A DNA stretch of 55,456 nucleotides from a virus (Duplodnaviria; Caudoviricetes). The translations under genes were made by a program, and so were the position numbers. Below the pieces are notes generated by a model. That model had not been told where the DNA came from, did no database searches, and saw only the letters and a program-made list of their open reading frames with translations. Each line of letters begins with the position of its first letter. Positions within the stretch are counted from its first letter, which is position 1. The stretch covers positions 1-55,456 of IMG/VR virus record IMGVR_UViG_3300025674_000051; one strand, written 5' to 3'. Shown one piece after another: positions 17,748 to 27,413 of the stretch.

Positions 17748-18902
17748 ATGCCAAGACTTAGTTTATATAGACCAAACAAAACAGCCGATTACGAGTTTTT
17801 AGATAAGGTTATCTATGAACAGTTTAGTGTTGGCGGAACAGATCTTTTTGTACACAAATACCTCGGTACAGAAAATCCTAGTGAGGATGATGCCACAGCT
17901 GATCAACCTCGATATGATAATATCAAAGAAACAAATATTCAAGACATGTTGTTTTTAGAAAATCGTGATAGAAAATACGATAAAGATATTTACACAATGA
18001 GAGGTATCTATAATGTATCAGATACTGATTTTAATCTTAGTCAGTTTGGATTATTTTTAAGTAATGATACATTGTTTATAACTATACATCAAAATGCAAG
18101 TGTAAAAACACTAGGTAGAAAAATAATGAGCGGCGATGTTATTGAGTTGCCACACTTAGCAGACGAATATGCACTTAATGATTTCAGTGTAGCATTGAAA
18201 AGATTTTATGTTGTTGAAGATGTAAACAGAGCAGCAGAAGGCTTTAGCCAAACTTGGTATCCTCATTTGTATAGATTAAAATGCAAACAAATGGTAGACA
18301 GTCAAGAGTTTAAAGATATTTTAGATTTACCAGCTGGAGATGAAGAGGGTAACACTTTAAAAGATTTGTTAAGCACCTTTGAAACTGAAATGCAAATCAA
18401 TAATGCAGTTGTTGCTCAAGCCGAGGCTGACGCTCCAAATAGTGGAGCAAATACAAAACATTTATACACATTACAAGTTGACGACCAAGGGCGTCCAGAG
18501 CTACAAACAGTAGATGTAACAGACTTAGATGCATCAACTACTATGGAAGCAGATAGAATAAACAAAGCACCAGAAAGAACTGGATATACAGGTTACTTGC
18601 TAGGTGACGGTATACCTCCTAACGGAGAAGCATTTGGTAGTGGCATATCTTTTCCAACAGATACTCACATTGGAGACTATTTTTTAAGAACAGACTTTTT
18701 GCCAAATAGATTATTTAGATACGATGGAAGTAGATGGGTTAAAATGGAAGATGCAGTTAGACATACATTGTCAAATTCAGATACAAGAAATACACAAAGA
18801 ACTGGTTTTGTTAACAATACAAAAGAAAGCAATATTGCAGGCGATGTTGTAAAAGAAAGACAATCACTAAGTAAAGCTCTAAAACCAAAGGCAGATAACT
18901 AA
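17748..18902 (+). CDS. Neck / head closure protein (gp14-like) with a C-terminal extension
   Basis: LSQFGLFL.ND, GDVIELP, YRLKC and SQE motifs. Start moved to ATG 17748 (MPRLSLY). Confidence 0.8.
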   Translation: MPRLSLYRPNKTADYEFLDKVIYEQFSVGGTDLFVHKYLGTENPSEDDATADQPRYDNIKETNIQDMLFLENRDRKYDKDIYTMRGIYNVSDTDFNLSQFGLFLSNDTLFITIHQNASVKTLGRKIMSGDVIELPHLADEYALNDFSVALKRFYVVEDVNRAAEGFSQTWYPHLYRLKCKQMVDSQEFKDILDLPAGDEEGNTLKDLLSTFETEMQINNAVVAQAEADAPNSGANTKHLYTLQVDDQGRPELQTVDVTDLDASTTMEADRINKAPERTGYTGYLLGDGIPPNGEAFGSGISFPTDTHIGDYFLRTDFLPNRLFRYDGSRWVKMEDAVRHTLSNSDTRNTQRTGFVNNTKESNIAGDVVKERQSLSKALKPKADN

Positions 18903-20389
18903 TGCAACATTTTTATGATGGACAAATAAGACGTTACATAACACAAATTGTAAGATTAATGAGTGGGTTTACATATAAAACAAATGATGGTACTATTTCT
19001 TCTATACCTGTAATGTACGGAGACTTAACTAGACAAGTTGCAAATATTATTAGAGACAACAGTGAAAACAAAATGCCAAGTGTGCCACGTATTTCTGTTT
19101 ATGTTACAAGTTTAGAGATGGACAGGACACGTTCTAGTGACGCTACTTTTGTAAGTAAGATGAACATTAGAGAACGTGCATACGACAGCAGTAATAACGA
19201 ATATTTAAATACTCAAGGCAAAAACTATACTATAGAACGTGCGATGCCAAGTCCGTATACATTAGGAGTTTCTTGTGATATTTGGTCCAGTAATACTGAT
19301 CAAAAACTACAGATATTAGAGCAAATATTAATGTTGTTTAATCCTAGTTTAGAAATACAAACAACCGATAACTACATCGACTGGACAAGTCTCAGTGTAG
19401 TAAACTTGGATAGAGTAAGTTTTTCAAATAGAACAATACCTGTTGGCATTGATAGTGAAATAGATGTTGCTACACTAGAATTTAGCACTCCGATATTTAT
19501 TAGCCTACCTGTTAAAGTTAAAAAGCTAGGTGTTGTGACAAATATTATTGCTAATATTTTTAATGAAGCTACAGGAAGTATTGACTTAGGACAAAGCATG
19601 CCTGAACTAAACGCTTATAGCGAAACTCCTCATCCAATAGAAAAGGTTACCGACAAAGATCTAAATACTACTACAAGGATAGACGATGTGACAAACAACA
19701 GAGTAACAACATCTACAACATTTAGAGATTATGGAGTTTATGTACTAGGGAATACAGTACAACTTATTGATGGTAGAGATGTTGGAGTAGTAAACTGGAG
19801 AGAAATTATCGAGTCTTATCCAGGCCAATATGTAGCTGATGTTTCTCGAATAACTTTAAGGAAAAATAATACTGATAGTTTAATTGTAGGAACATTTACA
19901 TTAAATGCTTTAGATGAAACAAAAATAACAGTAAACTGGGACACAGACACTTTACCTACAGGCGATATTATTGCAGGTCCTGCAAGAGATACAAATAGTT
20001 TAACAAGTATTGATAAAATAGTAGATCCTTCAAACTACAATCCGTCTAACGACAAAGTAAGTGGCTTTAGAGTTTTAATATTAGGAGATATTAATCCTAG
20101 TGAAAATGTAGGACAGGATGTAGGAGAAACGCCTTACAACTTTGTATATGACGGTCCTGATGCATGGAAAAACAACGACGGTAACGATTTTGTAGCAAGT
20201 GAAAATGATATTATTGAATGGGATGGTGCAAAATGGAATATTATATTTGATGCAAGCGAAACCAGTGCAGTAACTAACACACAAAATCTTACAACGAATA
20301 TAATATATTCATGGACTGGTATAGAGTGGATACAAGCCTACGAAGGCGAATATTCACATGGGAACTGGAATGTTCAGTTAGGCGGATAA
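18902..20389 (+). CDS. Tail sheath stabiliser / tail terminator (gp15-like) with a C-terminal extension
   Basis: FYDGQIRRY, PVMYG, PRIS, PSPY and QILEQILMLFNPS. Confidence 0.85.
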   Translation: MQHFYDGQIRRYITQIVRLMSGFTYKTNDGTISSIPVMYGDLTRQVANIIRDNSENKMPSVPRISVYVTSLEMDRTRSSDATFVSKMNIRERAYDSSNNEYLNTQGKNYTIERAMPSPYTLGVSCDIWSSNTDQKLQILEQILMLFNPSLEIQTTDNYIDWTSLSVVNLDRVSFSNRTIPVGIDSEIDVATLEFSTPIFISLPVKVKKLGVVTNIIANIFNEATGSIDLGQSMPELNAYSETPHPIEKVTDKDLNTTTRIDDVTNNRVTTSTTFRDYGVYVLGNTVQLIDGRDVGVVNWREIIESYPGQYVADVSRITLRKNNTDSLIVGTFTLNALDETKITVNWDTDTLPTGDIIAGPARDTNSLTSIDKIVDPSNYNPSNDKVSGFRVLILGDINPSENVGQDVGETPYNFVYDGPDAWKNNDGNDFVASENDIIEWDGAKWNIIFDASETSAVTNTQNLTTNIIYSWTGIEWIQAYEGEYSHGNWNVQLGG

Positions 20390-20392
20390 CTA
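20385..20392 (+). promoter_or_regulatory. Variant late promoter GATAACTA, 5 nt before the Nudix ATG
   Basis: One mismatch to GATAAATA; overlaps the gp15 stop; same spacing as the other leaderless cases. Confidence 0.45.
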
Positions 20393-20397
20393 TTTGT

Positions 20398-20832
20398 ATG
20401 AAAAAGATAGTTTGCAGCGGTACATTATTTTATACTTTAAATACAAATAGGTTTTTATTTTTACACAGAACTAGTAGTAAGCACCACAATGTTTGGGGAT
20501 TAGTTGGAGGCACCAACGAAAAAGAAGAAACTCCTTGGACGGGATTGCTTAGAGAAATCGAAGAAGAAATAGGGTTTGTACCAGATATTAAAAAAACTAT
20601 TCCTCTTGAAACTTTTATTAGTAAAGATGAACATTTTCATTTTCATACATACTTGTGTGTAGTAAATGAAGAGTTTATTCCAAATTTAAATAAAGAACAT
20701 GATGGATATTCTTGGGTAAGTTTTGGTAAATGGCCAAAGCCATTACATCAAGGATTAAGTAATACACTAAAAAATAAAACAAATCAAAATAAACTTTTAA
20801 CTGTTTTTGAAGTTATCAAACTGTTGTCTTAA
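20398..20832 (+). CDS. Nudix hydrolase
   Basis: Nudix box GGTNEKEETPWTGLLREIEEEIG; LNKEH..Y.W. Start moved to MKKIVCSG at 20398. Confidence 0.9.
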   Translation: MKKIVCSGTLFYTLNTNRFLFLHRTSSKHHNVWGLVGGTNEKEETPWTGLLREIEEEIGFVPDIKKTIPLETFISKDEHFHFHTYLCVVNEEFIPNLNKEHDGYSWVSFGKWPKPLHQGLSNTLKNKTNQNKLLTVFEVIKLLS

Positions 20833-23800
20833 CCAATTAAAGTCGTTGATTTTACGCAGTTCTTCTAGATTGCCTCTATTTGCTTCGCCGTATTCTTTAC
20901 CAGCTTTAGCGCCAGCAACACAGATTTTGCCAAACGGTTTATCTTTACCTCTTGTACACCAAGCATTTAATCTAAACTCAGTTTCTTCGTCAAGTTGTCC
21001 ATCAATAGCTCTTGCACTCAGTTTTACACATTCACGGAAAGCACTACGCCATGTGCTAAACTCATCTGTATTAAACTTGGTAATATTAGATACCCTATTA
21101 ACAGTTTTAAATAACGGACTAATACTTGTAGTCATATCAGGCTTGCTTGTATCCATATTAAGTGTTAAATCTCTCGGTAATAGTTTTACAGCACCATAAC
21201 CGTATATTAATCCGTTGATTGGATTTTGCGACTTCCACACATGCACAGTTTTTCTACTATCAGGGTCATATGCTGGTACATAGTAATCAAAGTTAAAGTT
21301 GTCTACTATTTCTGCATCAGCATCTACAATCCAAATCATATCTGTAGTACATTGTTTTGCTGCTTCAATGTGAGCTGCGTGAATACCTTCAACACCATGT
21401 ATGCGTTTTGCTCTTGGAAAACGTTCTAACAAACTTGCATAGTTATTATCTGCTTGTTCTTCGTCTTTGCTGATAAACACAATATCATAAGATTTAGGTT
21501 TACTAGCGACAATTTCATATTGTTTTTTGTGTGTTAAAAAACGCATATTAATTTCACGTTCTGTAATAGGAACTTTTTTACTTACAAGACTGATACCGTC
21601 CCATGCATTACCATTTTTAAACACATGATTAGTTTCTCTCTCAAACCATTGATTATGTGTAAAATAAGTTTCAAAGTTAAAATCTTTAGAAACAACAACT
21701 TCAGGTGGCACCATCCAAAACATCTCTGTAGAAGATTCTTTAATAGCACGTTCATAATCACTGTAAGTGTTTATTACAAACTTGTCATATTTAACAGGAC
21801 CACTGGCAACAATGTTCCATTCTTTTCTTTTAGCAACTAGTCTGTGCTCAATCTCTTTTTGTGTTAAAGGTGAACGTTTTGTAAGCAGGAACAATCCATT
21901 ATGAAAATCTTCATTATTTACTCTATGTATAAATGTATGATTGATATTTCTATCATAGCTGTTATGATGACTAAAATACATAGATAAGTCAAAGTCATTG
22001 TTTATTTTTATATTAGGAGTGGTTGCCCAAAACATTTCAGTGCTTGAATCTTCAATAGCTTCAAGATAATCATCATATGTTTCAATGTTAAATATATCAT
22101 ATTGTTTAGGCTTACTCGCTACTGTTTCCCATTTTTTACTATTTGCATAAAATCTATTTTCTACTTCTTTTCTAGTAACAGGATTATTTTTACTAAACAA
22201 TACAATACCGTCATAATGTTCGCCGTTTAAAAATACATGATTTGTTTCTCTATCGTACTTGTTATCATGTGAAAAGTATGTGTCAAACTTAAAATCTAAA
22301 ATATCTATGTCGCTAGGAACACCCCAAAACATTTCAGTTTTACTAGTATCTAATGCAGTTAAATAATCATTATAATTATCAATGGTAAACTTGTTGTACA
22401 TTATGGGTTTACTTGCAACAGTATTCCATTCTTTACCTGCAAGCAAGTGTCTATGCTCAACTTCACGTTGTGTTAATGGTCTATGCTTGCTAAACAAAAA
22501 TAATCCATTGCGTAGTTTTTTATCACCAACTTTGTGAATAAAACTATGATTTTGTTTTCTATCATAATCATAATCGTGGCTGAAGTAAATGTTAAAGTCA
22601 AAATCGCTTGTATCTATGTTATTACTGCATCCCCAAAACATTTCAGTATTAGACGATTCTAATGCATTAACATAATCCATGTAAGTTTCAATATTGAACT
22701 TATCGTACACAACTTTTGTACTTGCTTCAATATCCCATTCTTTAGCGTTTACTATATGTCTATATAATATTTCTTTTTCAGTAACAGGTGTATGTTTACT
22801 GAGTAAAAACAAACCATTATACATTTTTTTGCCATCTACATTATGAATAAATGCATGATTTGTTTTACGATCGTATTCATTATTCCAATCAAATACTATA
22901 TCAAAATTAAAATTATCAGTACTAATGTTGTGTGTGTTGGCCCAAAATAACTCTGTTTTAGCATTATCTAAAGCGTCTAAATAGTCTTCATATGTATCAA
23001 TATTGAATATATCGTATTGTTTAGATTCACTTAAAATAATATCCCATTCTTTTCTTTTTACAATATGTTTATGTTCAACTTCTTTTTCTGTAACCGGAGA
23101 ACGTTTACTGTAAAGTATTACTCCATTATAACTTGTTTGATTACCTTTGTGTAAGAACTGATGGTTAGTGTTTCTGTCATACTCGTTGTCATGAGTAAAA
23201 TATATGTCTAAAGGAGCAAGTAGCTTTGTATAACTGGACAAACCCCAAAACATTTCTGTTTGACTTTTACTAAATGCTTCAACATAATCGTCATATGTGT
23301 CAATAATAAAACTGTCATATTGTTTTGCTTTTGTGCAAGGACTTTTCCATTGTTTCACATCTATGATATGTCTATATTCGATTTCTTTACTTGTAATAGG
23401 TTTGTTAATACTTAGAAGAAAAATACCATTATACTTGTCATCACAATGCAAAAAGGCATGATTCATATTTCGATCAAATACGTTGTCATGACTAAAATAC
23501 AAACTATAATCAAAGTTAGAATCATCAACGTTTCTAGACGTAGCCCAAAACATTTCTGTTGTTGAGTTATCTAATGCTTCAAGATAATCGTCATAACTTT
23601 CAACAATAAACTTATCATAAGTTTTTGGTTTACTTCCTACAATATCCCAATACTTACATTCAGCAATGTGTCTATATTGGATTTCTTTTTCTGTAACAGG
23701 TTTGTTTATACTCATTAAAAACAAACCATTATATAGTTTTTTTTCTTTTACCTCATGAATAAAAGCGTGATTAGTATTTCTATCATACTCGTTATCATGT

Positions 23801-26800
23801 GTAAAATAGATATTAAAATCAAAGTTACTTGTGTCAATATTTTTACTTGTCATCCAAAACATTTCTGTTTCGCATGTATCCATTGCAAACTTGTAATCTT
23901 GCCAGCTATCAACTGTGTAAACTTCGTATTTTTTAGGTCCACTTGCAACAATATCCCATTCTTTTCGATTTACTAAAAACCTGTGTTCTACTTCTTTTTT
24001 ACTAATAGGACAATGTCTACTGATTAAAAATAAACCGTTATAATATTCTTTACCATCAACTACATGTTTAAATGCATGATTTATTTTTCTGTCATACTGA
24101 TTGTCATGACTAAAATAAACACTTGAAAAATCAAAATCACTAGTATCAATATTAGCACTACTCATCCAAAACATTTCTGGACCGTTATTATAAAATGCCA
24201 TTTCGTAATCTTCAAAACTATCCACAATATACAAAGGATATGTGATAGGCTTACTTGCTATTGTTAGCCATTCTTTAACATCGATGATGTGTCTATACTC
24301 TAACTCTTTGGGTGTAATAGGCGAATGCTTACTTAATAAGAATAATCCGTTGTAGAGAATATTACCATCTACGCCATGAGCAAATGCATGGTTGTGTGTT
24401 CTGTCATATGTATTATCATGAGTAAAATAGATACTAGAAAAATCAAAACTACTTGTGTCTATATTTTCACTATCTGCCCAAAATAACTCTGTTGTGCTTT
24501 TTTCAAGTGCAATTTTATAATCTTCATATGTTTCGATTATAAACTTGTCATATTGTTTTGCACCACTTGCAACAATATCCCAATGCTTTACATTTATTAA
24601 ATGTCTGTACTCAATTTCTTTTTCAGTAACTATACAGTTCTTTGAAAATAAAAATATACCATTGTAAAAATCTTCATTGTCTACTCTGTGAATAAATGCA
24701 TGATTAATATTTCTATCATATGTATTGTCATGAGAAAAGTATAAATCTTTTACCATGCCACTGTAAAAATCGACATTATTACTAGTTCCCCAAAACATTT
24801 CAGTTTTAGATTTTTTTAATGCATTAATATAATCATCATATGTTTCTATTACAAACTCGTCATAGATTACAGATCTACTTGCAACAACATTCCATTCTTT
24901 TTTCTGTATTAAATGTCTGTGTTCTATTTCTTTTTGAGATATAACTGAATGCTTACTTAATAACCATAATCCGTTGTATAACTCTTTATCGTCTACTTTA
25001 TGAATAAATGCGTGATTTGTTTTTCTATCATAAACATTACTGTGTTCAAAATAATGATTAAAATCAAAGTCTATTGAAATATTAGGTGTAGTTGCATAAA
25101 ACATTTCAGTTTTAGAGTTTTCTAATGCAGTAAGATAATCGTCATAGGTTTGGATAGTAAATACATCGTAAGGAACACTACCGCTTAAAACAATATCCCA
25201 TTCTTTACGTTTAGCAACAAACCTATGTTCAACTTCTTTTTTTGTAAGTTTTTTATTTTTATTAATCAAATATATACCAGTTCTAAACATTTCTCCATTT
25301 ACAGCATGTAAAAAACTGTGGTGTTGATTTCTATCTATAACACTATGATAGCTGATATAAAAGTCTTCAATAACATCATAATCTAGGATATTGAGATTTG
25401 CACTGCTCATCCAAAACAAATCTGTTGTTGTATTTTCTATTGCATCTAAGTAATCTTGGTAGTTGTCTATTTCAAAAATATCATAAGATTTTGGAAAACT
25501 TGCAACAACATTGTGCTCTTTCTTTTTTACAAAAAATCTATTGTTTATTTCTTTCTCAGTCAATGATACATTTTTACTAAGCAAAGAAATACCGTCATAC
25601 ATATCATTGTTCAAAAATACATGCGTGATGTTTCGATCGTACTGATTATGATGATCAAAGTATAGATTAAATTCAAAATCCGATTTAACAACAACATCAT
25701 CTGGCACTGCCCAAAACATCTCTGTTGAACTACGCTCTAATGCTAGTTTGTAATCATCGTAGTTATTGACTACAAACTGATCAAACTTTTTTGGGCGGCT
25801 TGCTACCACCTCGTGTTGTTTTTTGTTTGTATAAAATCTATGATTAAACTCTTTTTCAGTAACTTTTGCATTTTTTGAAAACAGAACTATACCATCATAC
25901 TCTTTATCATTTAAGAATACATGATTTATATTGCGATCGTATTGTATGTGATGATCAAAATACAAACTAAAATCAAAATCATCGTTAACATCTACATCGT
26001 CTGGAACATACCAAAACATTTCGGTTTTAGAGTTTTCTAATGCACTTAGATAATCTTCATAATTTTTAATACTGAACTTATCGTACTGTATAGGATTACT
26101 TGCTAATATTTTTACTTCTTTTTTGTTTACATAAAATCTGTGTTTAACTTCTTTTTCAGTAAGTTCATAGTATTTTGGTAATAGTAAAATACCATCTTGA
26201 CTGTCACCATTTCTAAACATGTGTGCATATTTGTGGCTCCAATCGTCGGGTTGATATGAAAACTTAAAAATAGGTGTAACGTCAACATCGTCAGGAACTA
26301 TCCAAAGCATATCAGTATCGCTTAGAGCTTGGGCAGTTTCTATTTCATCTACACACTGAGCATGAGGAAATCTTTCTAAAAGTTTTTTATACTGAATAGA
26401 ATCTTCTTGACCAATAAAAAACAAGTCAAACTTGTCTTTTCCTTGATAAACATCATACACTCCAGCAATGTGTTCTTGTTTCTCTTTTAACTCTGTAGTA
26501 AATCTAGTTGGACATAGTTTACACCATTCGTATGATTTTATTCTATGACTAGATTTATAAACATAAGGAAAAACTTGTACTTTTCCTTTTAATATAGGTT
26601 GAAAATATAATGGAAACGAATCTAGTATGTCTAAATCTTCATGAACAATCCATACCCAGTCTGCTTGGTCTTTGTATTGCAGTGCTTGTGTTTCGTCCTC
26701 TGGATTTGATGTTCTATGTATAGGCCATGTTTTTAAAAAATGATTTTTTAAAACATCTTGTGAATTATAAACTTTTTTTCCAAACTTTTCAAACTTATCA

Positions 26801-26814
26801 AATGCTGTGCTCAT
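20797..26814 (-). CDS. 2005-aa protein: tandem degenerate GT-A-like repeats plus a C-terminal glycosyltransferase-like domain
   Basis: C-terminal domain YDIVFIS...MIWIVDADA...YGYGAVKL...WRSAFRECVKL; the upstream repeats follow the same pattern (TEMFW...) but lack DxD. Confidence 0.85.
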   Translation of the reverse strand: MSTAFDKFEKFGKKVYNSQDVLKNHFLKTWPIHRTSNPEDETQALQYKDQADWVWIVHEDLDILDSFPLYFQPILKGKVQVFPYVYKSSHRIKSYEWCKLCPTRFTTELKEKQEHIAGVYDVYQGKDKFDLFFIGQEDSIQYKKLLERFPHAQCVDEIETAQALSDTDMLWIVPDDVDVTPIFKFSYQPDDWSHKYAHMFRNGDSQDGILLLPKYYELTEKEVKHRFYVNKKEVKILASNPIQYDKFSIKNYEDYLSALENSKTEMFWYVPDDVDVNDDFDFSLYFDHHIQYDRNINHVFLNDKEYDGIVLFSKNAKVTEKEFNHRFYTNKKQHEVVASRPKKFDQFVVNNYDDYKLALERSSTEMFWAVPDDVVVKSDFEFNLYFDHHNQYDRNITHVFLNNDMYDGISLLSKNVSLTEKEINNRFFVKKKEHNVVASFPKSYDIFEIDNYQDYLDAIENTTTDLFWMSSANLNILDYDVIEDFYISYHSVIDRNQHHSFLHAVNGEMFRTGIYLINKNKKLTKKEVEHRFVAKRKEWDIVLSGSVPYDVFTIQTYDDYLTALENSKTEMFYATTPNISIDFDFNHYFEHSNVYDRKTNHAFIHKVDDKELYNGLWLLSKHSVISQKEIEHRHLIQKKEWNVVASRSVIYDEFVIETYDDYINALKKSKTEMFWGTSNNVDFYSGMVKDLYFSHDNTYDRNINHAFIHRVDNEDFYNGIFLFSKNCIVTEKEIEYRHLINVKHWDIVASGAKQYDKFIIETYEDYKIALEKSTTELFWADSENIDTSSFDFSSIYFTHDNTYDRTHNHAFAHGVDGNILYNGLFLLSKHSPITPKELEYRHIIDVKEWLTIASKPITYPLYIVDSFEDYEMAFYNNGPEMFWMSSANIDTSDFDFSSVYFSHDNQYDRKINHAFKHVVDGKEYYNGLFLISRHCPISKKEVEHRFLVNRKEWDIVASGPKKYEVYTVDSWQDYKFAMDTCETEMFWMTSKNIDTSNFDFNIYFTHDNEYDRNTNHAFIHEVKEKKLYNGLFLMSINKPVTEKEIQYRHIAECKYWDIVGSKPKTYDKFIVESYDDYLEALDNSTTEMFWATSRNVDDSNFDYSLYFSHDNVFDRNMNHAFLHCDDKYNGIFLLSINKPITSKEIEYRHIIDVKQWKSPCTKAKQYDSFIIDTYDDYVEAFSKSQTEMFWGLSSYTKLLAPLDIYFTHDNEYDRNTNHQFLHKGNQTSYNGVILYSKRSPVTEKEVEHKHIVKRKEWDIILSESKQYDIFNIDTYEDYLDALDNAKTELFWANTHNISTDNFNFDIVFDWNNEYDRKTNHAFIHNVDGKKMYNGLFLLSKHTPVTEKEILYRHIVNAKEWDIEASTKVVYDKFNIETYMDYVNALESSNTEMFWGCSNNIDTSDFDFNIYFSHDYDYDRKQNHSFIHKVGDKKLRNGLFLFSKHRPLTQREVEHRHLLAGKEWNTVASKPIMYNKFTIDNYNDYLTALDTSKTEMFWGVPSDIDILDFKFDTYFSHDNKYDRETNHVFLNGEHYDGIVLFSKNNPVTRKEVENRFYANSKKWETVASKPKQYDIFNIETYDDYLEAIEDSSTEMFWATTPNIKINNDFDLSMYFSHHNSYDRNINHTFIHRVNNEDFHNGLFLLTKRSPLTQKEIEHRLVAKRKEWNIVASGPVKYDKFVINTYSDYERAIKESSTEMFWMVPPEVVVSKDFNFETYFTHNQWFERETNHVFKNGNAWDGISLVSKKVPITEREINMRFLTHKKQYEIVASKPKSYDIVFISKDEEQADNNYASLLERFPRAKRIHGVEGIHAAHIEAAKQCTTDMIWIVDADAEIVDNFNFDYYVPAYDPDSRKTVHVWKSQNPINGLIYGYGAVKLLPRDLTLNMDTSKPDMTTSISPLFKTVNRVSNITKFNTDEFSTWRSAFRECVKLSARAIDGQLDEETEFRLNAWCTRGKDKPFGKICVAGAKAGKEYGEANRGNLEELRKINDFNWLRQQFDNFKNS
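21490..26085 (-). repeat. 15 tandem ~102-aa coding repeats
   Basis: Consensus YDxFxIxTYxDYxxAL..S.TEMFW....N.....FD...YF.HDN.YDR..NH.F.H......YNG.FL.SK....T.KE.E.R.....K.W...AS; 15 units counted by hand. Confidence 0.9.
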
Positions 26815-27413
26815 TTTATATCTTTTAACCTAAATGATTTTGTGCCGTAATGTGCTATTTCTTGACTTAAACTAGCATCAACATATATTTCAAAACCAGC
26901 GTCATTTGCATTTTTACAGAAAAAAATGTCTTCACCGCTTAAATCTTTTGTATCTTCATTATACAAGTATTGATGCCATGGTTTAGAAATATATTTATAT
27001 ACGTGTGTTTTCACAAGCATACAACCCATTCCTACACCAAATACTTTATGTATTCCATTTTGTGCATCTAATCTAGAATCCAAGTTGTTTGCATCTGTAA
27101 ATGCAGTGCTTTTATAAGGAGGCACTCTAGTGCTATATGCTGCTGCAACAATGTCTTTGTCGTGTTCTAAGAGTTTATTCACTGTTGCAGTTGGAATGTG
27201 CATATCACTGTCTAACCACATAATATGAGTAGCATTATATTCTAATGCCTGATCTACTAATGTATTCCTTTGTTGCGGTATGACAGAACCTAAATTGATA
27301 TAAACTTTAAAATCTATATTATTTTTTGTTAACAAAGAAGAAATATTAGATAAGCTAAGTGCAAACCCTGCATGAACATTGTCTCGTGCAGGAATACATA
27401 ATGCTACTTTCAT
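26811..27413 (-). CDS. Glycosyltransferase (GT-A fold, family 2-like)
   Basis: VALCIP, QQRN, IMWLDSD (DxD), GMGCMLV and GEDIFFC. Confidence 0.85.
   Translation of the reverse strand: MKVALCIPARDNVHAGFALSLSNISSLLTKNNIDFKVYINLGSVIPQQRNTLVDQALEYNATHIMWLDSDMHIPTATVNKLLEHDKDIVAAAYSTRVPPYKSTAFTDANNLDSRLDAQNGIHKVFGVGMGCMLVKTHVYKYISKPWHQYLYNEDTKDLSGEDIFFCKNANDAGFEIYVDASLSQEIAHYGTKSFRLKDIK

Noticed and set aside
17712-20832. Recombinase-driven invertible segment for the plus-strand block
   Set aside because: No flanking inverted repeats or invertase were seen, and the junctions are integrated with a promoter and a coding overlap.
21490-26085. CRISPR array or diversity-generating retroelement explanation for the repeats
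   Set aside because: The repeats are in-frame ~306-bp coding units diverged at all base types, with no spacers, cas genes or reverse transcriptase in the window.
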